64,000 nucleotides of DNA from the human T2T-CHM13v2.0 reference genome, Homo sapiens, in the NCBI RefSeq assembly GCF_009914755.1, contig NC_060943.1. One strand, written 5' to 3'. Shown here piece by piece: positions 14,660 to 46,455 of the stretch (within the stretch, counting starts at the first letter, position 1; the number at the start of each line of letters is the position of its first letter). Made by a program: the position numbers and the translations under genes. Under the pieces are notes generated by a model. That model saw only the letters and a list, made by a program, of their open reading frames with translations. It had not been told where the DNA came from and made no database searches.

Positions 14660-14957
14660 ATTTTTTTTTTTTTTTGAGATGGAGTCTTGCTCTGTTGCCC
14701 AGGCTGGAGTGCAGTGGGGTGATCTTGGCTCACTGCAACCTCCGCCTCCTGGGTTCAAGCAATTCTTCCTGCCTCAGCCTCCCAAATAGCTGGGACTACA
14801 GGCAACCACCACCATGCCTGGCTAATTTTTGTGTTTTTAGTAGAGACGGGGTTTTGCCATGTTGGCCAGACTGGTCTCAAACTCCTGACCTTGAGTGATC
14901 CACCTGCCTCAGCCTCCCAATGTTCTGGGATTACAGGTGTGAGCACCGTGCTCAGCC
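14660..14957 (-). mobile_element. Antisense AluS within an old L1 3' fragment
   Basis: Alu consensus; flanking L1 UTR-like sequence 14530-15210. Confidence 0.9.
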
Positions 14958-15254
14958 AAGTTCTGGAATATTTTTATCACTAAGCAGTCACTCCCCATTC
15001 TCCCCTCCCACTAGCCCATGGCAAACACTAATCAGCTTTCTGTCTCTGTGGATTTGTCTATTCTTGACATTTCACAGAAATGGAATCATGCAATGTTTGC
15101 TCCTTTGTGTCTGGCTTCTTTCACTTAGCATGATATTTTCAAGGTTCTTTCATGCTGTAGTACATATCAGAGAACTCCATTCCTTTTTATGGCTGAATAA
15201 TATTCCACATGGACCACTGTTAGTTCATACATTTCCTCTTCTTTTAATATCACT

Positions 15255-15767
15255 GGTTGGGAACAGGCCCCCCAAAATCTGGCCATAAACTGGCCCCAAA
15301 ACTGGCCATAAACAAAATCTCTGCAGCACTGTGACATGTTCATGATGGCCATAATGCCCACACTGGAAGGTTGTGGGTTTACCGGAATGAGGGCAAGGAA
15401 CACCTGCCCAGCCCAGGGCGGAAAAATCGCTTAAAGGCGTTCTTAAACCACAAACAATAGCATGAGCCATCTGTGCCTTAAGGACATGCTCCTGCTGCAG
15501 ATAACTAGCCAGACCCATCCCTTTATTTCGGCCCATCCCTTCGTTTCCCATAAGGGATACTTTTAGTTAATCTAATATCTATAGAAACAATGCTTATCAC
15601 TGGCTTGCTGTTAATAAATACGTGGGTAAACCTCGTTCAAGGCTCTCAGCTCTGAAGGCTGTGAGACCCCTGATTTCCCACTTCACACCTCTATATTCCT
15701 GTGTGTGTGTCTATAATTTCTCTAGTGCCGCTGGCTTAGGGTGTCCCCGATTGAGCTGGTTTCAGCA
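15255..15767 (+). mobile_element. MER9 (HERV-K HML-3) solo LTR, sense to ADGRE1
   Basis: gttgggaacaggccccccaaaatctggccataaactggcccc start, ...agctggtttcagca end, 6-bp TSD ATCACT (15249-15254, 15768-15773), AATAAA 15613-15618. Confidence 0.85.
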
Positions 15768-16008
15768 ATCACTAAGTAGTTTTGCTATTTGTTTATGTTT
15801 GCTTTTTTTATTCATGGAAGGAAAAGGTGATGTGATTCTAATTCTGATCAAGTAATGAGTTTTAGTTTCCCTGAGAATTCTAGAGACTCAGGAATTCAGA
15901 GCCACCTCATATGATGGGCTTTATGGGCTAATTTGTAGATTACATGCTTGGGGGAATACATCGATTCATGCTCACAAATGCTCTTTTTTTTTTTTTTCTG
16001 GGACGCAG

Positions 16009-16092
16009 GTCTCCTTTTGTGCACAAATAAATAACATCTTCAGCGTTCTGGACAAAGTGTGTGAAAATAAAACGACCGTAGTTTCTCTGAAG
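16009..16092 (+). CDS. ADGRE1: ADGRE1 exon 10
   Basis: poly-T...gcag|GTC, AAG|gtaacg; 84 nt; VSFCAQINNIFSVLDKVCENKTTVVSLK. Confidence 0.95.
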
Positions 16093-16171
16093 GTAACGAT
16101 TGGGTCTTTTAAATTGTGTTTTGAGTTTCAAACATCTTGGGCACACTTTGGGTGCAGAAAGATGTCTTTAT

Positions 16172-18193
<2,022 letters not shown>

Positions 18194-18904
18194 TAGGAGA
18201 TGTTTCTAGATTATGCTAAAGATGTCAAAAACTTCTAAATTTAACACAAATCCTACTAAGGATGTTTAGTTTGCCTAAAATTTTCTAACTTTCCTGAGGA
18301 TATAAAATAACTTCCCTAGCTAAGAAGAATAAATTTAACATATCAGAGGGGCGGGATTTGAAGAGATTTTGCCAGTTGTCGAACTGAGTACTATGTTTCC
18401 TGGAGATGGTCCTAGTTGAGATGTTTCTGCTATGTCAGTGGGGAGGGGAGTCCCACACCCATGCCTTTTGGGGATTACAGAGCTCAGGGCTTCCTGTTTC
18501 TCTTGGACAAATATCTCTCAAATGTCCCGCTTACCCCGTGTTTATTGAAATCCTTTTTTTCCTTTTATCATCTAATTTGGATAGATAGAAACTTGTATTG
18601 CTGCTCAAATTTCAGTTTAATTTCCTCTACCATCTGACTGGATTTAATTCATTTAATGCATTTTCCTGCATTTATTAGGTTCTGGATTCCTTTTAGTTTT
18701 TTTTTTTTTTTTTTTTTTTTTTTGCTTGGGTCAGAGTCACATGTGATAGTCAATTTATTGATAATAATCAATAATAAGGGGAATCATATGAATATTACTA
18801 TTACTATTGTTGTTATTGTTTTTCTTACCTTAATCCTATTCCTCAAACACATCCAGTGTTAAGAGGTAGATAAGTATCTTCCCCTATCTTTTTACCTTGT
18901 AAGC

Positions 18905-19576
18905 ATGTACACACATACACACATATACATACATACACATACAAATAAACACACACATATACACACATGCGCACACACATACACATACATACAAATACAT
19001 ACACGTATACACACGTGTACACACACATATACACCTCCCCCACATGCACACACATGCACACACAGTATGTACACACATACACACATATACATATGCATAT
19101 ACACATATAACACATACATACACATGCACACATACACATACAAATGCATACACACACACCCCACACACATTTACACACATACACACACCCCACACACATT
19201 TACACACATACACCCCACACACATTTACACACATACACACATGTATACACACATCTATGCATGTACCCATACACACATACAGACATACACAGACATCTAC
19301 ACACAGATACACACATACACATCCACACACATATACACACTCCTGACACACATACACACATATATACATACAGGCATATACAAATGTACACACATACACA
19401 AACACACATATATACACACACGTATACATACATATACACAAACACACATACATACATAGGCATACATAGACATACACAGAGATATACACACATGCACACG
19501 CATGTACACAACCCAACACATACACACATATACACACACCCACATATATAAGCACACACACACACATGCACACACA
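18905..19576. repeat. Compound (CA)n/(CATA)n microsatellite-like tract, ~670 bp
   Basis: Directly visible alternating purine-pyrimidine repeat. Confidence 0.97.
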
Positions 19577-20244
19577 GTGCAGTCATTTTATTGAGCACTT
19601 ACTATGAGAGGTTTAGGACAGTGATTAATGATTCAGCCTCTGCTGCCAGACTGCCAAGGTTCAAATCGTGGTTCTTCCACCTGCTAGATATGAGTCCTTG
19701 TTTCTCCTTTCAAAAATCAAAATAATCATAAATAGCCTCTACTTCATAGATATCTTCTACAAATTAAACAAGTTAATATATAAAAGACATTTAGAGCAAT
19801 ACCTGGCTCGTAATAAGTGTGTGCTATTTTTATTTCTATATGCCAGAACATAAATACCATAATATAAAATTTTAAATTAAACCAATTGTTTCTAAACCAA
19901 ATGCAATACTATATACATGATACTCTGTAATTTGCTTTAGTGAACAGTGGCTCAGAGACCCTTTTGCTTGTTAATGCCTATAGGTATACTGCAATATTCA
20001 TTTTAACAGCTGTATGGCTGTTATTTGATTTCATCTTCATTTATTGACCCAGTCTGTAGGGCATTTAGGCTTTCCACAAACTATCCTGAGATGAACATCA
20101 CTGGACAAGATCCTTGCACAACTTTTAAGTATTTCTGAAAAGATTAATTCCAGGAAGGGGAATTGCTGTGTCAAAGGGTATATGCAATTTACATGGCTAT
20201 AGGTACAAACTTACTGCATTGCATAAAGGTTACATCAATTTGTC

Positions 20245-23295
<3,051 letters not shown>

Positions 23296-23565
23296 TCACT
23301 GTTGACTTTGACCCCTTCTTTCCCTGATGCACCCCCTAGGAGATGAGAGTTCACTTCTAAGGCTCCAGCTGGGTTACTCATTTATTTGGTGCTATGGTCC
23401 CCCTATCATTCATCATGGGCCTCAAGATCTTTCCTATGATGAATTGAACTTTCTATTCTTTTCCTTTGCTCGCCATGATGGAGGTGTACCTTTTTTTGGA
23501 CAGAAACCAAATTCAGGACTGACTTTCTGGGTGACCTCATACGAACTCTCCCTTTCTCTTTTTAG

Positions 23566-23685
23566 ACATTGAGAGCAAAGTTATCAACAAAGAATGCAGT
23601 GAAGAGAATGTGACGTTGGACTTGGTAGCCAAGGGGGATAAGATGAAGATCGGGTGTTCCACAATTGAGGAATCTGAATCCACAG
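23566..23685 (+). CDS. ADGRE1: ADGRE1 exon 12 (GAIN region)
   Basis: ttag|AC, ACAG|gtacag; 120 nt; DIESKVINKECSEENVTLDLVAKGDKMKIGCSTIEESEST. Confidence 0.95.
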
Positions 23686-23899
23686 GTACAGGTCCTCTCC
23701 TGAGAATGCAGGTTATGGTGTATTCCATCAATAAGTATTTATCGATCCCTTTCTAGGTGCCAAGACCAGTGCCAGATAGTTGAGAACCAATGAGGGTAAA
23801 AATGGTCCATGCTCTCAGAGAGTTTTCCATGTGCTAGGGAAGTCAAACATTAAATAACCTTATAATACTGGAGTACTGAGACCTTCACTGGCCTATATG

Positions 23900-24530
23900 A
23901 TATGTGCTGGTCACATTCTGCTGTTGAGCAGTTGAAATTTGTATAAGCCAGGTTGAGAGGTACTGTAAACCTAAAATAAACACTGTATTTCGAAGCTTTG
24001 TTGCACAAAAAGAAGGATTAAAACGTCTCACTCATCTTTTTTATATTTAAAATAATTTAAAAATAAAAAATATTTAAATTTTTAAAATATGTAATATTTA
24101 AATTTTTAAAATATGCAATATTTAAAATATATCTTTAAATTTTAAAATATCACATTTATATGTTGAAATGATAATATTTGGCTTATACTGAGTTAATATA
24201 TTATTAAAATTAATTTTATCTTTTTTTACTTTTAAAAAATGTGTACTAGAAAATTTAAAATTACATATGTGGTTCATACTGTATTTCTGTTGGACAGTGC
24301 TAATCTGTGTCAGGGATGGCAAACTTTTTCTGTAGAGGGCTCGTTAGTAACTATTTTAAGCATTGCAATTAATACAGCCTCTATCACAATGATTTAACTA
24401 CCATTCTAGTGCAAAAGCATCCATAGACAATATGAATATGAATGTGCCTGGGCATGTTTCAATAAAACTTTATTTAAAAAAGTAGGTGACAACCAGATTG
24501 GCCCATAGGCCACAGTTTTCCAGCCCCTGA
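23900..24530. mobile_element. hAT-Charlie MITEs (MER33/MER3-like, then MER58A-like) with an internal ~24-bp AT-rich tandem repeat at 24069-24130
   Basis: ttggacagtgct terminus; cagggatggcaaactttttctgta...ggccacagttttccagcccctg. Confidence 0.65.
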
Positions 24531-24770
24531 TCTGATCTATGCATACGATTAATGCTATGATTAATACTTTAATGTAAAAGCACAGTGTGCAATATGGAAG
24601 AGCTATTTAAGCGAAGTCCTGAGGAATAGGTAGAGAAAGCAGGAGAGAGTGTGTTACAGGAAGTATAAGCTATGGCTCTGTGTTGAAAAAAAGCTTGGTA
24701 TGGTCATGGAACTAAAAGTAGAGTGGGCTGGAGCATCAGGAATGTGGGGGAGAGAGGGAAAAGAATTGAG

Positions 24771-26648
<1,878 letters not shown>

Positions 26649-26723
26649 GAGGTTTTTTTTTTTTAATGGTTCTAGAAGCCCGCTGGTTATTTTAATCTCA
26701 GAGCAGCACGGTGAGGTGCATGA

Positions 26724-26751
26724 CTCTCTCTCTCTCTCTCCCCCTCCCTCC

Positions 26752-26804
<53 letters not shown>
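26724..26804. repeat. (CT)n-(CCCT)n-(TG)25 compound microsatellite
   Basis: TG run 26755-26804. Confidence 0.97.
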
Positions 26805-26806
<2 letters not shown>

Positions 26807-26871
26807 GGGTCTTCTATAATAACAATTGAGCAAACGATTCCCTCCTTTTTTTCATTTGGGGAAACCTGCAG

Positions 26872-27071
26872 AGACCACTGGTGTGGCTTTTGTCTCCTTT
26901 GTGGGCATGGAATCGGTTTTAAATGAGCGCTTCTTCCAAGACCACCAGGCTCCCTTGACCACCTCTGAGATCAAGCTGAAGATGAATTCTCGAGTCGTTG
27001 GGGGCATAATGACTGGAGAGAAGAAAGACGGCTTCTCAGATCCAATCATCTACACTCTGGAGAACGTTCAG
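26872..27071 (+). CDS. ADGRE1: ADGRE1 exon 13 (GAIN region)
   Basis: gcag|AG, CAG|gtttgt; 200 nt; ETTGVAFVSFVGMESVLNERFF...IYTLENVQ. Confidence 0.96.
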
Positions 27072-27245
27072 GTTTGTGAAGAGGTCTCTACTGAGATTCT
27101 TGTCTACCTGTTGGGAACTCCTCGTCTCTCGATTGCCTTAACTCTCATTTTTTACGGGAAGCTATTGAGGCCGGTAAGCTTCCACAATTTCTAGCAATTC
27201 AAGCCAATTAACAGAAGCTACCGCTAGAGGAATGAGGTCTCCCAC

Positions 27246-31160
<3,915 letters not shown>

Positions 31161-31998
31161 ATGGTCAGTTTTCTTAACCACTTTGTGACAATATCATAGA
31201 GAGGTGCTCATAAGATGGTGCCTGGCTTATCTTTAACCCACAGAAACCACTCAGAGACATTTAAAATTAATTTTAAAATTAATTATGAATAAATGGCATA
31301 GAAGAAGGACTTAGCTTGTCACGTTCCACTCCTGAAGTTGAAGCATTCCTGAATGTCTGCATTATCAGTTGGGATTCAGTACAGGAAGCAAAAACCACCC
31401 CAGGTATTTCAAGCAGAAAGGCATTTAACACAGGGAATTGGGTGCTCACAAAAATCTCTGGGAGGGGATGGAGGAGTTGAAGTCAGGGGGCTGTCACTTC
31501 AATTTTGGCTTCAAGGTCATCCCCCAATGCAGCTGTAACTCAGAGGTCAGAAATTGCTGCTGTCATTTTGCCACCCCACTCCACCATGAAATTGGGGACT
31601 GGACAGTTGAAATGTGGAATTAGGCTCACTCCTGTCTGCCGAAAGCTGATATTTGCCTCCCTTCTGCATTCCAAAACCTTCACAGATGTATCTCACTGGA
31701 GAACTTAAATTACATCCAGGACCTTAGTTCCAAAGGATTCTGGGAGATGTAGTTTGTGGACATCAAGCCCCAGTAATACATGGAGTAACGCATAGGACAG
31801 GACTGGGAATAGGTGCTGGTGGATGCCAGTGGATTGCAAAGGATAATGAAGGACAGTATCTAGTTCACTCTGAGTGTTAGAGGGAGAAAATTCCCCCAAG
31901 CTAATTTTGCCCGAGCCAGGGTTTTAGATAACTCTTCTTCCCGCCTGGGGGGATTTTGATCCCATTCTCAGGCCAACTCTGAAATTCCTTCCTGACAG

Positions 31999-32193
31999 AT
32001 GGACTTTTCCTTGTACATCATTAGCCATGTAGGCATTATCATCTCCTTGGTGTGCCTCGTCTTGGCCATCGCCACCTTTCTGCTGTGTCGCTCCATCCGA
32101 AATCACAACACCTACCTCCACCTGCACCTCTGCGTGTGTCTCCTCTTGGCGAAGACTCTCTTCCTCGCCGGTATACACAAGACTGACAACAAG
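31999..32193 (+). CDS. ADGRE1: ADGRE1 exon 15 (TM1-TM2)
   Basis: acag|ATG, AAG|gtctac; 195 nt; MDFSLYIISHVGIIISLVCLVLAIATFLLC...HLHLCVCLLLAKTLFLAGIHKTDNK. Confidence 0.96.
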
Positions 32194-32381
32194 GTCTACA
32201 TCGCTCGGGCTGTGTCCCCACCAAGCCCCATCTTCTCCCCACCTGCCTCAGCTCATTCCTAGCCAACTCCCTCTATCCCTGTTCCTACCTCAGGGCCTTT
32301 GCATATGCTGTGCCCTCTGCCTGTAACACTCACTTCCCAGCTTCTTACCTGCTTGACTCCTTGTGACAGCTCTCAGTTTAA

Positions 32382-33361
<980 letters not shown>

Positions 33362-33686
33362 TAGTTTGCTGAACCCGCCTGTTTTCAACCATTCCCTAAA
33401 GTAGGGTGATCGACAATCAGTTTTCCTAAAACTCTTCCTGTTTTAGAACTGAAAGTCATGCGTCTTGGGAAATCTCAGGTCCAGACAAACCAGGACCATG
33501 GGTCTCCTTACCAAGAAGTGCTCCTCCCTGTGGTCAAGAACCACTGCACCTCTCTATAAATGTTTGTGAGATGAATGAGTGAGCTAGGTTTGGGGAATTT
33601 CCAGCCGAGGAGTCTCTCTCTTCCTTTCTTCCTTTCGATTTCTCTCTGGGGTGGAGGATTCTGATGCGCATGCTTCTCCCCTCCAG

Positions 33687-33922
33687 ATGGGCTGCGCCAT
33701 CATCGCGGGCTTCCTGCACTACCTTTTCCTTGCCTGCTTCTTCTGGATGCTGGTGGAGGCTGTGATACTGTTCTTGATGGTCAGAAACCTGAAGGTGGTG
33801 AATTACTTCAGCTCTCGCAACATCAAGATGCTGCACATCTGTGCCTTTGGTTATGGGCTGCCGATGCTGGTGGTGGTGATCTCTGCCAGTGTGCAGCCAC
33901 AGGGCTATGGAATGCATAATCG
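33687..33922 (+). CDS. ADGRE1: ADGRE1 exon 16 (TM3-TM4)
   Basis: ccag|ATG, CG|gtgagt; 236 nt; contains family-2 GPCR signature LHYLFLACFFWMLVEA and GYGLP. Confidence 0.97.
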
Positions 33923-34033
33923 GTGAGTGACATCCTCTCTCTTCCTGAAGACCCTGCTGCCAGGGCTTATGGTGATAATGACATGAGCAACAAGAAGAGT
34001 AACAACAGTAGCAGTAGTTGTGGCTACCATTTA

Positions 34034-34378
<345 letters not shown>

Positions 34379-34489
34379 TCAGAAAAAAGTGGGGGGAATA
34401 TTGGGGTGCTGTTATTGAACATGACGGAATGGTTGTTGTGTTGTAAAAGCAGCTAATGTACACTAGAGACATAATAAAAGGAGCCAATC

Positions 34490-34668
34490 CTTTCTTCCTC
34501 CCTCCCACTCTCCCTCCCTCCCTCCTCCCTTCTTCCTCCCTCCCCTCTTCCCTCCCTCCTTCCTTCCTCCCTCCCTCCCTCCCTTCCTTCCTTGCCTTCC
34601 TTCCCTTCCCTCCCTCCCTCTCTTCCTCCCTTCCTCCCTCCCTTCTTTCCTTCTTTCCTTCCTTTCTT
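34490..34668. repeat. CT-rich polypyrimidine low-complexity tract
   Basis: (CCCT/CCTT)n. Confidence 0.95.
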
Positions 34669-34958
34669 CGAATAAACAATTTTATGAAATATCTTGTCTA
34701 TGCTAGGCTGTGCTCTGAGTGCTGAGTATTCAGAGATGAACAAACACCTAAGGCCCAAATTCTCATGAAACTCATAGTCTAGTAGTGGAAGACAGTTTGC
34801 AGTTACACAAGCAATTAAACAAGGTAACTTACGATAGTGATAGCTGCTGTTTTAAAAATGCAGTGAGCTCTGCTAGATGGATACCAGGAGCAGAGACAGG
34901 TTGCCCTATCTAAGGATAGTCAGGAGTGGCTTCTCAGAGGAGGTGACATTTGAGCTGA

Positions 34959-36277
<1,319 letters not shown>

Positions 36278-36440
36278 GTTCTCCCTTCCAATCCTTCATT
36301 CTTGAGATTTCGAAGTTACAGAGTAATTTCTTTGACTTGGGAATTTTGTTTTTCCTTCTGAAAGGCAAATACCCCTGGGAGGGACCATAATTGTATCCGT
36401 CTTGTGCACAGGTCCATGAGTCTCTCTGAAGCAGTGTCAT

Positions 36441-37507
<1,067 letters not shown>

Positions 37508-37631
37508 TCTCCTAGGCACAGATGTTGAATGAAAGAAAAAGTAAAAAGAAATTAGGAGGAATTGTGGGGGAAGGAGTGAGATGACAGAGGGAAATGGTGG
37601 ATCGAGGCAAAGGGAGGCCAGGGAATGTTAA

Positions 37632-42240
<4,609 letters not shown>

Positions 42241-42304
42241 TAGGTGTTCTGGCCCTTGTCTATTTGTATATCCAGTCTCTCCATCCTTCTGCTTGACTTT
42301 GCAG

Positions 42305-42396
42305 ATCAACTCCCTTCTCCTGACCTGGACCTTGTGGATCCTGAGGCAGAGGCTTTCCAGTGTTAATGCCGAAGTCTCAACGCTAAAAGACACCAG
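42305..42396 (+). CDS. ADGRE1: ADGRE1 exon 18 (TM5-ICL3)
   Basis: gcag|ATC, CAG|gtaaag; 92 nt; [30 protein letters not shown](R). Confidence 0.96.
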
Positions 42397-43568
42397 GTAA
42401 AGCCCTCTTTCACCTCCCCTCCTCTTTTAAAATTTCCTCTTTCTTCTTCCCAGAAAAGTTCTTTGAGCACTTCTTGTGTGCTGGGTCCTATGCCTGAGAC
42501 AGAGGTGATGAGGTCTGTTTAGCATATCACACCATCTAGATCTGGAGGCTTAAAGTCCAGCTCAACTATTTACGAGCTGTGTGACCTTAGGCAAGTTGCG
42601 TAACCTCTCAGAAGCCCATTTGCCTCACCTACAGAATGGGGATATTAACATTGCTTATTTTAGGTGCCTTACAAAGCATTTAGCACGGTTACTAGGAACA
42701 GTGAGTGTTTCATATATTACAACTCTTAATAAATTTTCTAATTTTTCTCTGTGCATACTTATATGTGCACATTTACAAGAAACTGAATCATACTATTTTG
42801 TTTTTTATGGTTTTTTTTCTCTCGAGAATGTCCTGATGATTTCTGACTTAATTAGATATTATTCTACAATATGGTGTAAATTTGTAGCACATTGTATTTA
42901 AGTCATACCATATTCATGGACACTTAATTTGCTTCTATGTGTTTTTGGTTTTGGTTTGTTCTCTGTATAAACAATACTGCCTTGAGCACCCTTGTAGGTA
43001 AATCCTTCCACACCGTGGTTATTTAATTACAACACTAAACATGAAACTACCCAAATCCAACTGCCTGAAGAGTAGGTTGGACTGTAATGCTTTTAGAATG
43101 TGCGTCATAAATTGATTTTCAGAAAATTTGTTTCCGACGGTGAGAATACCTATTTACTTGCAACATTGTCAGCACTGGAGTTTATTGTTTTTGATGTATT
43201 TTCTGCTGATTTAATGCGTGAAATATTCTATCTCATTACTTTTGTTATACATATTTTATATTAGGGATTTGGGACTTCTTAAATATTTTTACAGATCAAT
43301 TGTGTTTCCTAACTTCCCCACTCAACTACTGTTCATTTTAAGAAACTTCAGCAACCATCATCTAGGTTTTATTGTCAGTAACCTAATAACATTCTTTGCT
43401 TCTTTTTTCTTCGGTATCCAATCCCTTATCCATTTTAAATATGTTTGAAAAGTTAGTACAAAAGTCAAAAAGGAGGCCTGGTGTGGTGGCTCATGCCTGT
43501 ATTCCCAGCACTTTGGGAGGCTGAGGCAGGTGGATCACGAGGTCAGGAGATCGAGATCATCCTGGCTA

Positions 43569-43851
<283 letters not shown>

Positions 43852-44562
43852 TCACCATTTTAACCATTTTAAAGCGTGTAACTCGGTGGCTTTTCGTACA
43901 TTCACAGTGTTGGGCAGTGACTGCCACTATCTAGTGGCAAATCCTTGTTTTTTTTTTTTTTTGAGACAGAGTCTCTCTCTCGCCCAGGCTAGAGGGCATT
44001 GGCACGGTCTCGACTCACTGCAACCTCCGCCTCCCAGGTTCAAGCAATTCTCCTGCCTCAGCCTCCTGGGTAGCTGGGATTACAGGCATCTGCCACCATG
44101 CCCGGCTAATTTTTCTATTTTTAGTAGAGACGGGTTTTCACCATGTTAGCCAGGCTGGGCTTGAACTCCTGTCCTCAGGTGATCCACCAGCCTTGGCCTC
44201 CCAAAGTGCTGGGATTACAAGCACCCACCACCACACCCAGCTAATTTTTGTATTTTTAGTAGAGATGGGTTTTCACCATGTTGGCCAGGCTGGTCTCGAA
44301 CTTCTGTCCTCAGGTGACCCGCCCACCTCGGCCTCCCAAAGTGCTGGGATTACAGGCTTGAGCCACCGCACCCAGCCTGATTGCATTTAAATGTCTATAG
44401 GATTTGATTTTGCAACACCTAGGCTTGGAGACCCCACCCTACATTTGTCCACACCTAGGTGGCAAATTGGAGAGTGGCCAACTCAGACCATTCCTGGAAG
44501 TGTGGCCTGCAAGGACAATAGCCACCTCCCAGAGCCTTACATGCTGTACATCTTCTCCCCAG

Positions 44563-44731
44563 GTTACTGACCTTCAAGGCCTTTGCCCAGCTCTTCATCC
44601 TGGGCTGCTCCTGGGTGCTGGGCATTTTTCAGATTGGACCTGTGGCAGGTGTCATGGCTTACCTGTTCACCATCATCAACAGCCTGCAGGGGGCCTTCAT
44701 CTTCCTCATCCACTGTCTGCTCAACGGCCAG
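44563..44731 (+). CDS. ADGRE1: ADGRE1 exon 19 (TM6-TM7)
   Basis: ccag|G, CAG|gtgtgt; 169 nt; [20 protein letters not shown]...[18 protein letters not shown]. Confidence 0.97.
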
Positions 44732-44863
44732 GTGTGTAGCTGCTGCCCTCCCCATCCCCCTCCTCCCATCCCCCTCTCCCCCCTTCCCCACCGCATCCCT
44801 CCACCCAACATCCCTGTCACTGGACCATTTCCCTGCATCTGGATGATGTGTCTCCTTCTCCAG

Positions 44864-44968
44864 GTACGAGAAGAATACAAGAGGTGGATCACTGGGAAGA
44901 CGAAGCCCAGCTCCCAGTCCCAGACCTCAAGGATCTTGCTGTCCTCCATGCCATCCGCTTCCAAGACG
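44864..44968 (+). CDS. ADGRE1: ADGRE1 exon 20 (helix 8/C-tail)
   Basis: ccag|GTA, ACG|gtgaga; 105 nt; [35 protein letters not shown]. Confidence 0.96.
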
Positions 44969-45437
44969 GTGAGAGACTGCATGCTCCCTGCGGGTGCTGG
45001 TCGAGGGAGGTGCCGGCCTCTTGGTGACACTCAGCTCTGCCACGTGTTGGGTACTGAATGGGAGCTGAGGGTGCCCACCCTAGTTAGCTCATGGATGAAG
45101 TGTGGAGTTGAAGACTGGGGATTTATATGTATATATTAGCAGACACACACACATTATCTATCTCTCTATTTAAATAAAATTTCAAGAATAAGACATATAT
45201 AATTTATAACAGATTTACATAGATACATTTGTATATGAATTATGTAACATATTAAAAATAATACATATTTATATGTTATGTTTATAAAATACATTTATAT
45301 ACACTTATTATATACATATAATGTATAATATTATATACATATAAATGTAAGATGTAAGTTTAAATATAGATACCGGCTGGGCGCAGTGGCTCACACCTGT
45401 AATCCCAACACTTTGGGAGGCCAAGGTGGGCAGATTA

Positions 45438-45719
<282 letters not shown>

Positions 45720-46155
45720 TTATGTATTATGGATAACATTTATATATGTAGATTTTCAGGAATATTGAAATATTGGAATGAATATGCAAATGGGGCAAAG
45801 CTGGTTTTCCCACTAGAATGTCTTATTTTTTTCAACAATGTATTCCACGCCCCTAAAATGCTGTCTAGCACACAGTAAGTTCTTAGTGAATATTTTCTGA
45901 GTAAATAATAATTCAATAGCTTAGTTTCCTCACTGATAAAATGGGGATAATGGTAATCCTTACCTTGGAAGGTTATACTAGATATTAGATGAACTAGTAT
46001 GCAATGGGGTTGGAAGAGTGCCTCGGACATAGCAGGATCTCAGTGTTAAGCCTTGCAGAAGTCCAGTGAGGTAGGTATCATTGCTCTATTTTCTTTTTTC
46101 TTTCTTTCTTTCTTTTTTTCTTTTTTTTTTTTTGAGATGGAGTCTCGCTCTGTAA

Positions 46156-46455
<300 letters not shown>

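Noticed and set aside
18843-19598. Overlapping Cys/Val- and His/Thr-rich ORFs up to 229 aa
   Set aside because: Artefacts of the CA/TG repeat
33534-33917. Antisense ORFs over exons (also 31924-32178, 44564-45030, 26852-27049, 20913-21119)
   Set aside because: Shadow ORFs opposite real coding exons
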